NCBI GenBank assembly: GCA_030324005.1
Contig: JARDVH010000073.1
Span: forward strand, 93,460,376 to 93,524,375
From: Negaprion brevirostris
Lineage: Eukaryota
Length of the DNA stretch: 64,000 bases
Direction: 5' to 3'
Positions 36,320 to 48,657 of this stretch are shown piece after piece. Below the pieces are notes generated by a model that saw only the letters and a list, made by a program, of their open reading frames with translations, had not been told where the DNA came from and did no database searches. Made by a program: the position numbers and the translations under genes. The number at the start of each line of letters is the position of its first letter. The stretch's first letter is position 1.

Positions 36320-37313
36320 AGAAGCCTGTGACCAACAATGTGCCCCAAGGATCAGTGCTGCGCCCTCTGTTATTTGTCATTTATATTAATGATTTGGATG
36401 AGAATATAGGGGGCTTGGTTAGTAAGTTTGCAGATGACACCAAGATTAGTGGCATAGTGGACAGTGAAGAAAGTTGTCTCGGATTGCAACGGGACCTTAA
36501 TCAATTGGGCTAGTGGCTGACAAATGGCAGATGGAGTTTAATTTAGATAAATGTGAGGTGATGCATTTTGATAGATTGAACCAGGGCAGGACTTACTCAG
36601 TTAATGGTAGGGTGTTGGGGAGAGTTACAGAACANNNNNNNNNNNNNNNNNNNNNNNNNNNNNNNNNNNNNNNNNNNNNNNNNNNNNNNNNNNNNNNNNN
36701 NNNNNNNNNNNNNNNNNNNNNNNNNNNNNNNNNNNNNNNNNNNNNNNNNNNNNNNNNNNNNNNNNNNNNNNNNNNNNNNNNNNNNNNNNNNNNNNNNNNN
36801 NNNNNNNNNNNNNNNNNNNNNNNNNNNNNNNNNNNNNNNNNNNNNNNNNNNNNNNNNNNNNNNNNNNNNNNNNNNNNNNNNNNNNNNNNNNNNNNNNNNN
36901 NNNNNNNNNNNNNNNNNNNNNNNNNNNNNNNNNNNNNNNNNNNNNNNNNNNNNNNNNNNNNNNNNNNNNNNNNNNNNNNNNNNNNNNNNNNNNNNNNNNN
37001 NNNNNNNNNNNNNNNNNNNNNNNNNNNNNNNNNNNNNNNNNNNNNNNNNNNNNNNNNNNNNNNNNNNNNNNNNNNNNNNNNNNNNNNNNNNNNNNNNNNN
37101 NNNNNNNNNNNNNNNNNNNNNNNNNNNNNNNNNNNNNNNNNNNNNNNNNNNTTTTAAAAAGCACTTAGATAGCTTGATGGGTATAGAGGGATATGGGCCA
37201 AATGCAGGCAATTAGGATTAGCTTAGGGTTTTAATAAAAAAGGCGGCATGGACAGGTTGGGCCGAAAGACCTGTTTCCATGCTGTAAACTTCTATGACTC
37301 TGTCTCTATGACT
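36320..37313 (+). mobile_element. Young CR1 LINE 3' kilobase with internal gap
   Basis: VPQGSVLRPLLFVIYINDLDE..SKFADDTKI; WQMEFNLDKCEVMHF; tail ending CTATGACT repeats. Confidence 0.95.
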
Positions 37314-38919
37314 CCAAAACTAACTTAACATGGCCACACCAAGAGAGAGACAGCCTCATGGTACGGTCACATGATTAGAGAAGGCCTGATTGTCACCAGA
37401 CTGGTTACATTTCAAGACTCAAAGAGGGTCATTTTAAAAAATAAATGTATGATTTTTTTTCAGTTTTTTTGAACACTTATTGATGAGGTGTAAAAATATT
37501 GAAGAAGGGGGATAAAAGATTGTTTGACTGGGTGGGGCAATTTAAGGTGGGAAGTCATTTGATGAATGCGTCTGGCCTGAGTTGGCAACCCTGCCACTCA
37601 AACAGACACCAAGCACGCACTGTCTGGATTACACATGAATAATAATTTGGGAAAGGTACTGGAGGACTGCCAGTCCTCGTGTAACCATATCCTAGCATGA
37701 ATCAGCAAATTGAGGGGGAGTAACAAAATATATAGTGCATTCTTGTATTTTTTTTTGAAAAAAAGAATCAATACCTAGTTTTGTCATAAAGCCATTGTTT
37801 GAGTTAGTAGACTTGGGACATGTTCTGAAGATCACAGCAAACCTGGTTACAAGAATCATTAGGTAGTTGACAGGCCATTTACAGGGAGGACCACACATTC
37901 TTGAAAATTGAGAATGGTCTCGTGGAGCTGAATGAGTTAACACAAGGGATTCAGTTTGAAGGATTGCACAAAGGAGGTCCAACATAGTTGTGAATAAAGA
38001 ACGCTGCTTCATTACCAGTGTCATCGTCTTCAATCGAATCCACTTGAAACACAGAGAGGACTGTGTGACAAGTATGAGGTAAGCAAAAGAGAATGTCGGG
38101 TAGGTCTGATGCACAGTATTCTGACTATAAAGACCAAAGAGAAAGAATGACTGCACTGTCTCTTTAATAATAAAATTAGGCAAGATCTTCAAACAAGTGT
38201 ACACTACATACAGCAGCATTTTACTCCAGAGGATGCACANNNNNNNNNNCATGATTTAAACTAGTAGTTATGAGTGTTTGTAGTACACCACAAAATTGAT
38301 CTAATTACACCCTAAAATGAAAGCAGGGAAATCCATACCTAAAACAAATCCAGCATAAAGCTGCCTTTGTAAAAGAGTGCTCCTCTTTATTGTTCAACCA
38401 AAAGGAAAACTTTGTCAGTACCCATAAGACAATTCTTGCTAATAGTGGAAGAGACAAGAGGGATCCATAAGCATATCACATGTCCTATTAAGGGAAACAA
38501 GGCCATTACAAGGGAGAACACAATTGACAGGGGAATAATGAAACAAAAACTCACCCAGTTCAGCCATGTAAAGCAATACTCTTTTCAAGAGAAGCTTTGT
38601 ATATTCTCTCATCATCCATTCAATGTATTCCAAGTGTGTATATATTGGACATTTGAGTCATGGGTATATTAGTAATACATATTTAAACCTTCCCTCCCGA
38701 GGTTTTTCAGTGTGTTTCTTTTTAAAATCAGTTCAGTTTAAAAAGGACTCGTTTCATGTTTTTTTTAAATATGCACCCTGAAAACAATCCACAGCCTCAC
38801 TTGTTCAACAGTCAAAGGTTGTTAAACCTCAGTACACTTGGAAAGCGCCATTATACATTGGCTAAAGAAAGGAACATAATAAAAGCTGGTCAAGTGCCAG
38901 ACCATAGTGAGGACTGTGT

Positions 38920-39340
38920 GATTGCTAAGCTACTAATTCTACAACAGGCCAATCAGTGCGCTAAACTAACAATGTCACAATAGGAGATTCCTTGTTGCTA
39001 AGCCAAGCCAGTGATGCCACGGAAAGCTATTCTGTGTTGTATCTCACTAGAAAGCATTGCTTGTTGCTATGTCTGTGATGTCATAACAGGCCATGTGGCA
39101 GTTGCTGAGTCAGTGACATCACACAAGAGGCCATTTCATGTTACCATATCAGTGACATCACATTAAATCACTTCTTGTTACTCTATCAGTAATTAACACA
39201 ATATTCCTTGTTGCACTTCTTGATGTCACAATGGAAAATTTCTTCAAGCTATCTCAGTAATATCAGACTGAGTTCAGCTCTGTTACAAAGCTAAAGGTGT
39301 TGCACCCTATGGAAAAATATATAACTAATCAGTGTCATCT
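38920..39340. repeat. Decayed tandem array, period about 37 bp (GTTRCY then GTGAYRTCA)
   Basis: GTT-motif starts at 38994, 39036, 39063, 39101, 39140, 39177, 39210 and 39282; most are followed by a GTGATGTCA/GTGACATCA-like motif. Confidence 0.8.
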
Positions 39341-39514
39341 TACAGGACAGCAATGGACAAACTCCATAGCACTTTGCACTATAATGGATCCTGTCTACCC
39401 AATACTGTGATAGACACATAAGCGGTGCAATTCATTATAGCACAGTTGCGAAATGAGTGGTAACAGACTTGCTGATCATTGTGCACACAGTCTGATTTTC
39501 CTTAACAATGTAAA

Positions 39515-39885
39515 TACGATTCTGAGGGGACGACCAGGTGAATGGGGAAAGGATGTTCCTCGTGTGGGAGAATCTAGAATTAGGGGTCACTTTACAAATA
39601 AAAGGCCATCCATTTAAGAAAGAGGTGAGGGAATAAAAATTCTCTGAAGGTTGTGAGACTTTGGAATTCTCTTCCTCGAAGGATGGTTGAGACAAAGTCT
39701 TTGAATAACTTTAAGGCAGAGGTAGATAGATACTTGATAAGCAAGGCGGTGAAAGGTTATTGGGGGTAGGCAAAAGTGTGAAGTTGAGATTAAAATTAGA
39801 TCAGCCATGATCTTATTGAATGATAAGCAGACCTGAGGGACTAGGTGGTCTATTCCTGCTACTAATTTTTATGTTCATATGGATG
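39515..39885 (+). mobile_element. CR1 LINE 3' end
   Basis: GGATGTTCCTC..GAATCTAGAATTAGGGGTCAC; AGATCAGCCATGATCTTATTGAATG. Confidence 0.88.
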
Positions 39886-39918
39886 CATGTTCATATGTAA
39901 ATATGTCATTAGTTGCAT

Positions 39919-40240
39919 GGGGCAGCACGATGGCACAGTCGTTACCACTGCTGCCTCACAGCACCAGGGACCTGGGTTCGATTCCCAGCTTGGGTCACTG
40001 TCTGTGTGGAGTTTACACATTCTCTCTGTATCTGTGTGGGTTACCTCTGGGTGCTCCAGTTTCTTCCCACAGTCCAAAGCTGTGCAGGTTAGGTGGATTG
40101 GCACTGCTAAATTGCTCCTCAGTGTCAGAGGGATTTGCTAAGGTAAATGCATGGGGTTATAGCGATAGGGCTTGGGTGGGCAAGTGGTCAGTGCAGACTC
40201 GATGGGCTGAATGGCCTTTTTCTGCACTGTTGGGTTCTAA
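39919..40240 (+). mobile_element. HE1-type V-SINE, full length, CR1-type tail
   Basis: GGGCAGCACGATGGCACAG head, GGTTCGATTCC B box, V-domain and tail. Confidence 0.93.
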
Positions 40241-41614
40241 GACAGGGTGCATGTGTAATAAATGCCAATCACTACTGCTTATTTTATGCCCGCACTGAGG
40301 TTTTACCTGCCCTCAATATGGCGTTAATGTTTAAAGCATATTACATTTGCTATGCAAAGTAATTGGCAATGCAAGTATGTCATTGTATTGTATTGAGGAT
40401 GAGATCAATATGGGACTCACTTTGTGTAAAATTGATTATGTTTTTTGCAAGGATTTAATCAGTGACTCCAGTTTTTTTTTAATCTCGATATACTGCTGCA
40501 GGGTGATTAATACATAGGCACACACTGACAAATTTATAAGGCAAGATTGCAATCTGTTCCAGCATGCATTTTGAGGGTAATTTTTGCCTTTACCTCTTGG
40601 ACCAGATCATTCACTTGTTATAGAATCCATCTTCTTTTCATTTCTATTGAAAATCCATAAAAATAAAATTGAATAAAACTGATTCTCTGAATGTTTGGTC
40701 ATCCTCTCTTATCGGTTTAGTGTCCACATAATGACGAAAATACCTGTTTAAAATTTATCAATGTGAGTGTGCTTTCTTGGAAGGGATAGATAAGAATAGG
40801 GAAAGAAAAGACCAAGTGTAATTAAAATTCCCACGTAAATCACTCTATATTTCCCACAAAGTGATTCACCACACACCTATACTATATTCACATATATTCA
40901 GCACCATGAGGTAATTTTGGTGCGAGCATTGGGAACTCAACATTGGAACTTGATGCCATGGCTTTCAGTAGTGCCCACCAGCTTGATTTTATGAGAGGCA
41001 TCCAATTTGTAAGTCCTCTCTGCTTTTGCCACAAAATTAGGGACAGACAGTGGGCTTTTGAGGCAGGTGGGCCAACCAGAAGCAACATGTGAAGGACATC
41101 AACAGCCTTCACCATGGCTGCAGGAGGAGGGCTGGTGTGATGAAAGGAATGCAAGAGGCAAAGAGAGGGTTGAGAGAGGAAAGGGACCACAGCACTTAAT
41201 CCTCAGTGTTCTCAGTAGCAAAAGGCTTCAAGAGACACTGCTGAAATGGTAGGCCTCTGCTTACCCTTGACTACAAGCTTCCCATTGTCTTCTAGTTATT
41301 TACTGATCTCATGTAAAACTCGGTCCTGCTGCAGTGAACTTGCTTCCTGTGAGCTGGCAAGCCAAGCCATCATGGGGGAACCTGGTCACCTCAGGAACAA
41401 TTGGAATGGTGAAGAAAAAATGTAATCTAATTACCCCCTCTTATCAATTTCCCACCACTGCTGGTTGTGTGGACATCAGCTCGGTAATGCTGCCCCAGTA
41501 AATGTGCACCGAGGCAGAGACACGTCAGGGTGCCAGTCCAACATTTTTTTTGCCACTTTCCAAGCCCCCAACTTTAAATCTAAGGTGCTGGGAAAATTCA
41601 ACTTTATGAATTTA

Positions 41615-41756
41615 CACTTAGATGAGCACTTTAAACACCATAGATTACAAGGCTGTGAACCAAGTGCTGGAAAATGGGATTAGAATAACAAGGTGTTTGA
41701 TGGCCTGCGCAGACATGATAGGGCTCTCTCTGTGCCATAAAGCCGTATAACTCTAT
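41615..41756 (+). mobile_element. CR1 3' tail
   Basis: TTAGATGAGCACTT..GCTGGAAAATGGGATTAGA..GCAGACATGATAGGGC. Confidence 0.65.
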
Positions 41757-41864
41757 ACCCTACATGATAACACTATGTAATCCCACACAACACTCAGGTC
41801 ACACACATTAGCTTACTTAAGCACCTGCATTGTTTGCTTTACATCTTCATGCACACTTTTTGAA

Positions 41865-42036
41865 CCTCCTTCGGGAAATAGTGGTGAGGTGTTGGAAGGA
41901 AGGGTTAGCAGGCTGATTATCAACCCATCATGAAAACATCTTAGTTCTGTGACCAACAATTCCTGAAGTTGCACTTAAACCTCGAGCCCTGAACTCAGAG
42001 GCAGGGGTCACTGCTTATTGGGCCACAAGACCTCCT
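41865..42036 (-). mobile_element. tRNA-headed SINE 5' fragment (distinct family)
   Basis: Minus strand GGAGGTCTTGTGGCCCAAT..CCTGCCTCTGAG..GGTTTAAGT with A/B-box-like spacing. Confidence 0.55.
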
Positions 42037-42107
42037 CATAAGCATGCTACCATGTTCATATACAACATTAGTACTCACATACACACATCCACTCAAACAT
42101 ATATGCA

Positions 42108-42250
42108 AAGAACAAAGAACAGTACAGCACAGGAACAGGACCTTTAGCCCATCAAGTCTGTGCCCCTCTCATCTAATATTTTCTTGCCTCTACATGGTCG
42201 ATATCTCTCTCATCCCTGCCTATTCATGTATCTATCCAGATGCCTCTTGC
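42108..42250 (-). mobile_element. CR1 3' tail
   Basis: AAGAACAAAGAACAGTACAGCACAGGAACAGG. Confidence 0.8.
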
Positions 42251-42399
42251 ACAGTCAGTTATCCCTCATGCGCATGCATATACACTCACAACTCATCTGC
42301 ACACAATAAGAATTGGCTATTTCAGATTGTGTTAAATTGGTTTCCCAATACCCTGATGACTGGCAGTGACAGTTTGTTATTTGGTGGACTTAAGGAGCA

Positions 42400-43710
42400 T
42401 CATAAGGCATTTAGAGACGCATGTACCGATTAGGGACAGTCAGCATGGCTTTGTGAGTGGAAAATCATGTGTCACAAATTTGATTGGGTTTTTTGAAGGG
42501 GTAACCAAGAAAGTAGATGAGGGCAGTGCAGTTGATGTTGTCTACATGNNNNNNNNNNNNNNNNNNNNNNNNNNNNNNNNNNNNNNNNNNNNNNNNNNNN
42601 NNNNNNNNNNNNNNNNNNNNNNNNNNNNNNNNNNNNNNNNNNNNNNNNNNNNNNNNNNNNNNNNNNNNNNNNNNNNNNNNNNNNNNNNNNNNNNNNNNNN
42701 NNNNNNNNNNNNNNNNNNNNNNNNNNNNNNNNNNNNNNNNNNNNNNNNNNNNNNNNNNNNNNNNNNNNNNNNNNNNNNNNNNNNNNNNNNNNNNNNNNNN
42801 NNNNNNNNNNNNNNNNNNNNNNNNNNNNNNNNNNNNNNNNNNNNNNNNNNNNNNNNNNNNNNNNNNNNNNNNNNNNNNNNNNNNNNNNNNNNNNNNNNNN
42901 NNNNNNNNNNNNNNNNNNNNNNNNNNNNNNNNNNNNNNNNNNNNNNNNNNNNNNNNNNNNNNNNNNNNNNNNNNNNNNNNNNNNNNNNNNNNNNNNNNNN
43001 NNNNNNNNNNNNNNNNNNNNNNNNNNNNNNNNNNNNNNNNNNNNNNNNNNNNNNNNNNNNNNNNNNNNNNNNNNNNNNNNNNNNNNNNNNNNNNNNNNNN
43101 NNNNNNNNNNNNNNNNNNNNNNNNNNNNNNNNNNNNNNNNNNNNNNNNNNNNNNNNNNNNNNNNNNNNNNNNNNNNNNNNNNNNNNNNNNNNNNNNNNNN
43201 NNNNNNNNNNNNNNNNNNNNNNNNNNNNNNNNNNNNNNNNNNNNNNNNNNNNNNNNNNNNNNNNNNNNNNNNNNNNNNNNNNNNNNNNNNNNNNNNNNNN
43301 NNNNNNNNNNNNNNNNNNNNNNNNNNNNNNNNNNNNNNNTGATCTTATAGAGGTCTATAAAGTAATGAGGGACACAGATCAGCTAGATATCTTTTCCCAA
43401 AGATAGGGGTGTCTAAAACTAGAGGGCATAGGTTTGAGGTGAGAGAGGAGAGATACAAAAGTATGTAGAGGGGCAATATTTTCACACAGAAGGTGTCGGT
43501 GTCTGGAACAAGCTGCTAGACGTAGTAGTAGAGGCGGGTACAATTTTGTCTTTTAAAAAGCATTTAGGTAGTTACATGAGTACAATGGGTATAGAGGGAT
43601 ATGAGCCAAATGCGGGCAATTGGGATTAGCTTAGCTGTTTCAATAAAAAAGGCGGCATGGACAAGTTGGGCCAAAGGGCCTGTTTCCATGCTGTAAACCT
43701 CTATGACTCA
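42400..43710 (+). mobile_element. Young CR1 LINE with internal gap
   Basis: IRDSQHGFVSGKSCVTNLIGFFEGVTKKVDEGSAVDVVYM; DLIEVYKVM; same 3' UTR as 37152-37313. Confidence 0.95.
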
Positions 43711-44654
43711 TACTGTTTGCACCAGCACTGTGCTCTTGCCAAAAGTTTAGAAAAGGATTCATGATTTTTTTTTAATTGATGCAATCTTTTGAGCGAATAG
43801 AAGATATAGCAATCATGGATTATTCTATTAAATCCCAACAGATCAATTTGGACTCACGCCATTGTAAAATCTCCAACTGGTTAACCATATAAAAAAGTAT
43901 GCAAGCATCTTTCAAAGTTCTAGAGGCACGGGGTGGGTTGGTGGGTGGCTACCAGTGTGCAGTTAAAATCAATATTGTGATTGAAACATTTTAACAAGCC
44001 CTCCACGGGTAACTGCGTGACACACACATATTGCATTTGTCACTGAAACAGTTAAATCTCTGTAAGGCTCCGTTCAAACGTAAACTTAAACATTTTTCAC
44101 GAGGCAGCTTCTATTTCCATAATGCCCCTCATTGTCAGCTGCTTGTCTAGAGAAATATTTGTGCTGCTGCACAAGAAAACAAACGCCTTTTTCTTCCAGC
44201 CTCCTTTTTTCGCCCCCTATTTAAGTTGGGCACCCGCTGCCCCACCTCCCCTGCTCCCTCATCTCTAAACAACATAAGCAGGTCCAGCTGGGCAACATAT
44301 ACAGCTAGGTCAGTCTCCCTGCTCCCAGAAACCTTCCACAGGGAGTCTTGAGTCATGTCTTTGAGAATTGAAGTGGTGGGGATTGAAAAACGAATTCCAA
44401 GTCCACAGAAAGGATTCGGTTAAGATGCAATTCCTTTCACATCTTTTCTGCCTGTCTTTCATAAATTAGCAAGCCAACTCCTCAAGTGATATATGAATGC
44501 ATTTAAGTCTATATGTACCGTTCATCTGAATTTTATTTCAGTTTAACAGAGGAACGATTAATAATGCACTACCTTTCTCCCGTCCAATTTCTTCATAACA
44601 TTAGTGATAATTTTACAAACTGCCATTGTGACATAAAACCCATTGAGATGCTAG

Positions 44655-44858
44655 AATTATATAATCCCTACAGTTTAGAAAGAGATCATTCAGCCCAGCA
44701 ATCCTGCACCAACAACAATCCTACTCAGGCTCTACTGCCATAACCCCACATATTAACCTCCTTGACGCTAAGGGGCAATTTACCATGGCCAATCCACCTA
44801 AGCTGCACATCTTTGGACTGTGGGAAGAAACCAGAGCACCCAGAGGAAACCCACACAG
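44655..44858 (-). mobile_element. HE1-type V-SINE 3' half
   Basis: CTAAGGGGCAATTTACCATGGCCAATCCACCTAA..GGAAACCCAC. Confidence 0.85.
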
Positions 44859-45074
44859 AAGCTCATTGCGCCATGGAGTCTTAGGTCTGCATTTATTTTT
44901 GATGCACAGAAGATTCAACTTTAGAAATGATGTTTATTGTTATGTAGTTCATACTTTGTACTCAAGTACAACAACAGTTTGCTGCAAATGGACAGTAGTT
45001 TTCCATATTACCCCCAACTTTCTTCTCTCTTATCCAGAAAGTGCACATACTCAAAGGAGATTGCTTCTACGAGT

Positions 45075-45370
45075 GGCAATTTCCCTCTACTCTCCAGTGA
45101 TGTAACCATTCTTTAAGCATGAGTTCTGGACAGTGAGCAGTGGCAGGTTGCATAAGTGGAATCATAGCCTACCCCATCCTCTTAATGCTTCACAGCTGCA
45201 CTTACACACTCTCCAGCAGGGGTCACTAGATAGCAATTAGGAGGAGCAACTTTGGCTCCTTTCTTCCCTTCCTACCCCAGGGCCACAAAGCCAAGTTGTA
45301 GCATCCATGTTGCTCTCTTAGTTACAATCAGTGAAATTGGCCTGGGCATCAACATTGGTTGGCTCTTTCT
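45075..45370 (-). mobile_element. Ancient SINE-like repeat (family C)
   Basis: CCAGCAGGGGTCACTAGATAGCAATTAGGAG resembles the antisense of the central block in 1295-1525 and 35875-36175. Confidence 0.4.
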
Positions 45371-45377
45371 GTTTATA

Positions 45378-45638
45378 TGATGTGGAGATGCCGGCATTAG
45401 ACTGAAGTAAGAAGCCTCACAACACCAGGTTAAAGTCCAACAATTGAGCCTAGGGCTCAGTTTCTGACCCACCACCAAAATGAACTCCATCAGTCTCGCA
45501 GCAGACTCAGAGGAATTCATCAGGTGAATGAGGCTCCAGAAATTCTTCCACAAACTCCAAGAGGCCAACAGTGAACTCAATGGTGATTCCAAATAAACCT
45601 ACTGGACTTTAACCTGGTATTGTGAGACATCTTACTGT
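45378..45638 (+). mobile_element. Penelope-like mini-element: inverted terminal repeats around an ORF remnant
   Basis: CTCACAACACCAGGTTAAAGTCCA / TGGACTTTAACCTGGTATTGTGAG flank LSLGLSF*PTTKMNSISLAADSEEFIR*MRLQKFF. Confidence 0.8.
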
Positions 45639-45654
45639 CTATATGAGTGTCACC

Positions 45655-46030
45655 TACACTTGGTCAGCAGTGATCTTGCCTCTGAGAATTATAGATTCAA
45701 ACTGCACTCCCTCATTGGAACACACAAACTAGGCCGAATGTCCACAGCAGGTCAGTGGGATTGCTATAGTATTAGAGTTGCCATTCTTGGGATTAAATAT
45801 GAAACTGGAGCCTCCTGTTTAAGTACAGAGTTCTAAAGCTTCTCATTACTTCCTCAATGAACATCAAAAATTTATAAACTCGCCACTTGTCGCACTGCTA
45901 TTCGTAAAACACTACTGTGTGAAAAATTGCTCCCCATTGTTTACCTAGATAACAACAGTGACTGCTTCGGAAAGCAATTGATTGTTTGTGTTGTCCTTAG
46001 TGGCATGACCAAGGCACAATGTAAATGCAA
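45655..46030 (+). mobile_element. DeuSINE, decayed
   Basis: CTTGCCTCTGAG head; CTACTGTGTGAAAAATTG..ACAACAGTGACTGC; tail GCACAATGTAAATGCAAG. Confidence 0.6.
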
Positions 46031-46489
46031 GAACCATTTAAGCCCATGGCTCATCAGTGCCGTGTGTTATTTTATTTTTCTTTTATGAGTTCTGAAGTGA
46101 ATCATAACAATGTGTGAGTGAGTGTGTACATCTGAGAGCAATAACAATTCTTCCATCTCAGAGTGTTAGGACCCTTGCAGAAGTTTGACTTCATGTCACA
46201 TTTGAACTCCCTCCAATTCAGTGGGCCTCAAGCCAAGATTAATACACAAATAAACAGAAATGACTCCCAGTGGCCTAGTGCATTAGATACCAAGTCTGCT
46301 GTGATACTAAACCATACAGACCAGGAAGTCTGGATTAGGCTCAGTTATGATGTTCATTTTCTCCTTTTCAGCCGATTCTCCTATCAGGTGAAAGAGTGTC
46401 TAGTCAGTCTATGCTGCTATTGCTGGCTTACAATTAGTTCTTCACTCATTCCATGTTTTGAGAAACCAAGGTGGTACTATTTAGACTTT

Positions 46490-46792
46490 GGATGGCACGG
46501 TAGCGCAGTGGTAGGCACTGCTGCCTCACAACGCCAGGGACCCAGGCTCAAATCCAGTCCAGGTCACTATCCATGTGGAGTTTGCACTTTCTCCCCGTGT
46601 GTTTCCTCTGGGTGCTCTGGTTTTCTCCCACAGGCCAAAGACGTGCAGGTTAAGTTGATTGGCCATGCTAAATTGATCTNNNNNNNNNNNNNNNNNNNNN
46701 NNNNNNNNTATGAGATTACAGGAAGAGGGCCTATGTTGATACAGACTTAATGGGCTGAATGGCCTCCTTCTCTGCTGTGAGGATTCGATGAC
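46490..46792 (+). mobile_element. HE1-type V-SINE with small gap
   Basis: Head, V-domain and CR1-type tail. Confidence 0.9.
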
Positions 46793-47214
46793 TCAGGCTT
46801 CCCAGAGTCTGCAGCATAATCAAACAGGCTCCATTTAAAATAACAGGACCTTGCAATTAATACACTTTTAAATCTGACGATTCGGTTTTGTTTATTCCGA
46901 GCAAGGTTTTCCAATCCTCTGTCCCCAGCTGCAACTGCCCATCTATTTGAATACTAAGAACTCCATCCAGTTCCTTTTCACCATCAGCAGCAGAGTTTGC
47001 ACTCTGCAAATGAAGTTGATGTGGACTTGGAAAAAGTTGAAAAATGGAGAGTCAAACTTTTTGGAACTGATGGTCTTCCATATCTGCCTGCAATTGCTCT
47101 GGAACCCTCTGTCCCACTCCATTTCTCCCAATCTTCAGAAGATTCTTCAAAACCTACCTTTCGACCTTACCTTTGGTTACTTTCTCTAATCCTTCACCCA
47201 ATTCCTGTTCAAGT

Positions 47215-47520
47215 TAAAGTTTATCTGTTAGTCACAAGTAGGCTGACTTTAACACTACAATGAAGTTACTGCAAAAATCCCCTAGTCATTACACACACTG
47301 CGGTATCTGTTCAGGTACACCGAGGGAGAATTTAGCGTGGCCAATGCACCTAACCAGTACATCTTTTGGACTGTGGGAGGAAACCAGACCACCTGGAGAA
47401 AACCCATGCGGAGACAGGAGAACGTGCAGACTCTGCACAGACAGTGAACCGAGCCAGGAATCTGAACCCTGGTCCCAGGCACGGTGGGGCAGCACTGCTG
47501 ACCACTGTGTCACATGCTGC
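47215..47520 (-). mobile_element. V-SINE with tail B
   Basis: TAGTCACAAGTAGGCT..TAACACTACAATGAAGTTACTG tail. Confidence 0.9.
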
Positions 47521-48641
47521 CTGGCTCAGTATCCAAATACTAAATTATCCCGTGAAGTACCAGGTGACATGGACAAAGGGGTTCAGAATGTGGTGTGGGG
47601 ATGTGGGCGGGCTGATGGTGGTGGGGGAGGCAGGGGTGTGCTTCACTTGTTGGTAGGTACTACATATGTGAAGGCTGTTGTTAAAAGTGCAGGTCTAGCA
47701 CCTGCACAAGTGCAAATTGGGCATGGACCTATTGCAAAAGTCTTCCATCAGACAGAACATATAATACATATAATACAGCAGTGCAGAGGTCACAAGCAAA
47801 TTAGAGGCAACTATAACTCGACAGGGGGTGCATCTGATGCACCAATTTCAATATCTCTCATTCCCTCACACAGCCCCGCAAACAAAGTGTGCTTTTAAAC
47901 CTTCCATTCCACTGAAACCATGTTGCACCCTCATGGTTCTTGACCCCAATATTGTGGCACCAGCCACTCTTCTTTTCATCCTTAGGGCAGAACATTTAGG
48001 GTAGAGACACTCATTCCTTCGAACAACCAGTTACGAAAATTCGGTTGTCTGTGCTGATTCATTCCCCTTGTAGCAGATGCTATGTATGCAGCAGGGAAAA
48101 CTGTGTAGCTTTCATATTTTTATCATAAAATTTACGCTGTGACTCATGTTAACATTGTATTACAGAACATTCTGCTGTGATAACACTTGATTTTTAATGT
48201 TATTTCTCTTGCACCCACAAGAGGTTACTGAAATGTTATCACACCCTAATTCTGCCCAGTGTCCCTTCAAGCATCCTGCGTTGCCACACTAGCTGAAGAA
48301 AAAAATTAAAGGAGTTTCTCGCAACCACTTCCACAAAATCCCTTCCCATTTTAAGGCAGGTTCACGATACATCTTCCATCGTGTATAATGTGTTAGTTTC
48401 AGTACATTCAAAATGACCCTCATGCCATTTTTAATCATAAGTTACCACAGCCTTTATAAATTTCAGTCATACAAAACCCTTTACATTAATATTCAGAGGG
48501 GAGTGTGTGCCAAAGTGTTTTCCAGTCGCGATTGAGTTGGAGGTTTCACATTATAGTCAATATGTGCTTTAACTCCTGTATCACTGGCTGCCATTAGCTG
48601 CCAGCACAGTCTAACTTCAGCTGATTTATAGATTTTGATTT

Positions 48642-48657
48642 TGACCTGTGGTGACCT
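48642..48657 (-). promoter_or_regulatory. Perfect DR4 nuclear-receptor element (AGGTCAccacAGGTCA)
   Basis: TGACCT-GTGG-TGACCT on the plus strand in unique sequence; function inferred only. Confidence 0.45.

Noticed and set aside
37692-38252. 186-aa minus-strand ORF in unique sequence
   Set aside because: Starts at a gap, has no recognisable motif, and includes low-complexity A/T runs
38920-39340. Array resembling CRISPR repeat-spacer structure or the MHC class II X1-X2-Y module
   Set aside because: Vertebrate DNA with no cas genes and non-identical short repeats; the X-box to CRE order and the distance to CCAAT do not match MHC class II geometry
40900-41600. Possible old DNA-transposon body, also 33180-33900
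   Set aside because: Some MITE-like words are present but termini and TSDs could not be fixed, so it was not annotated
47260-47898. 212-aa ORF, and similar ORFs at 46163-46750 and 39879-40298
   Set aside because: They run through V-SINE sequence, with recurring peptides such as HCLCGVCTFS and VLTTVPPC, and show no recognisable domain
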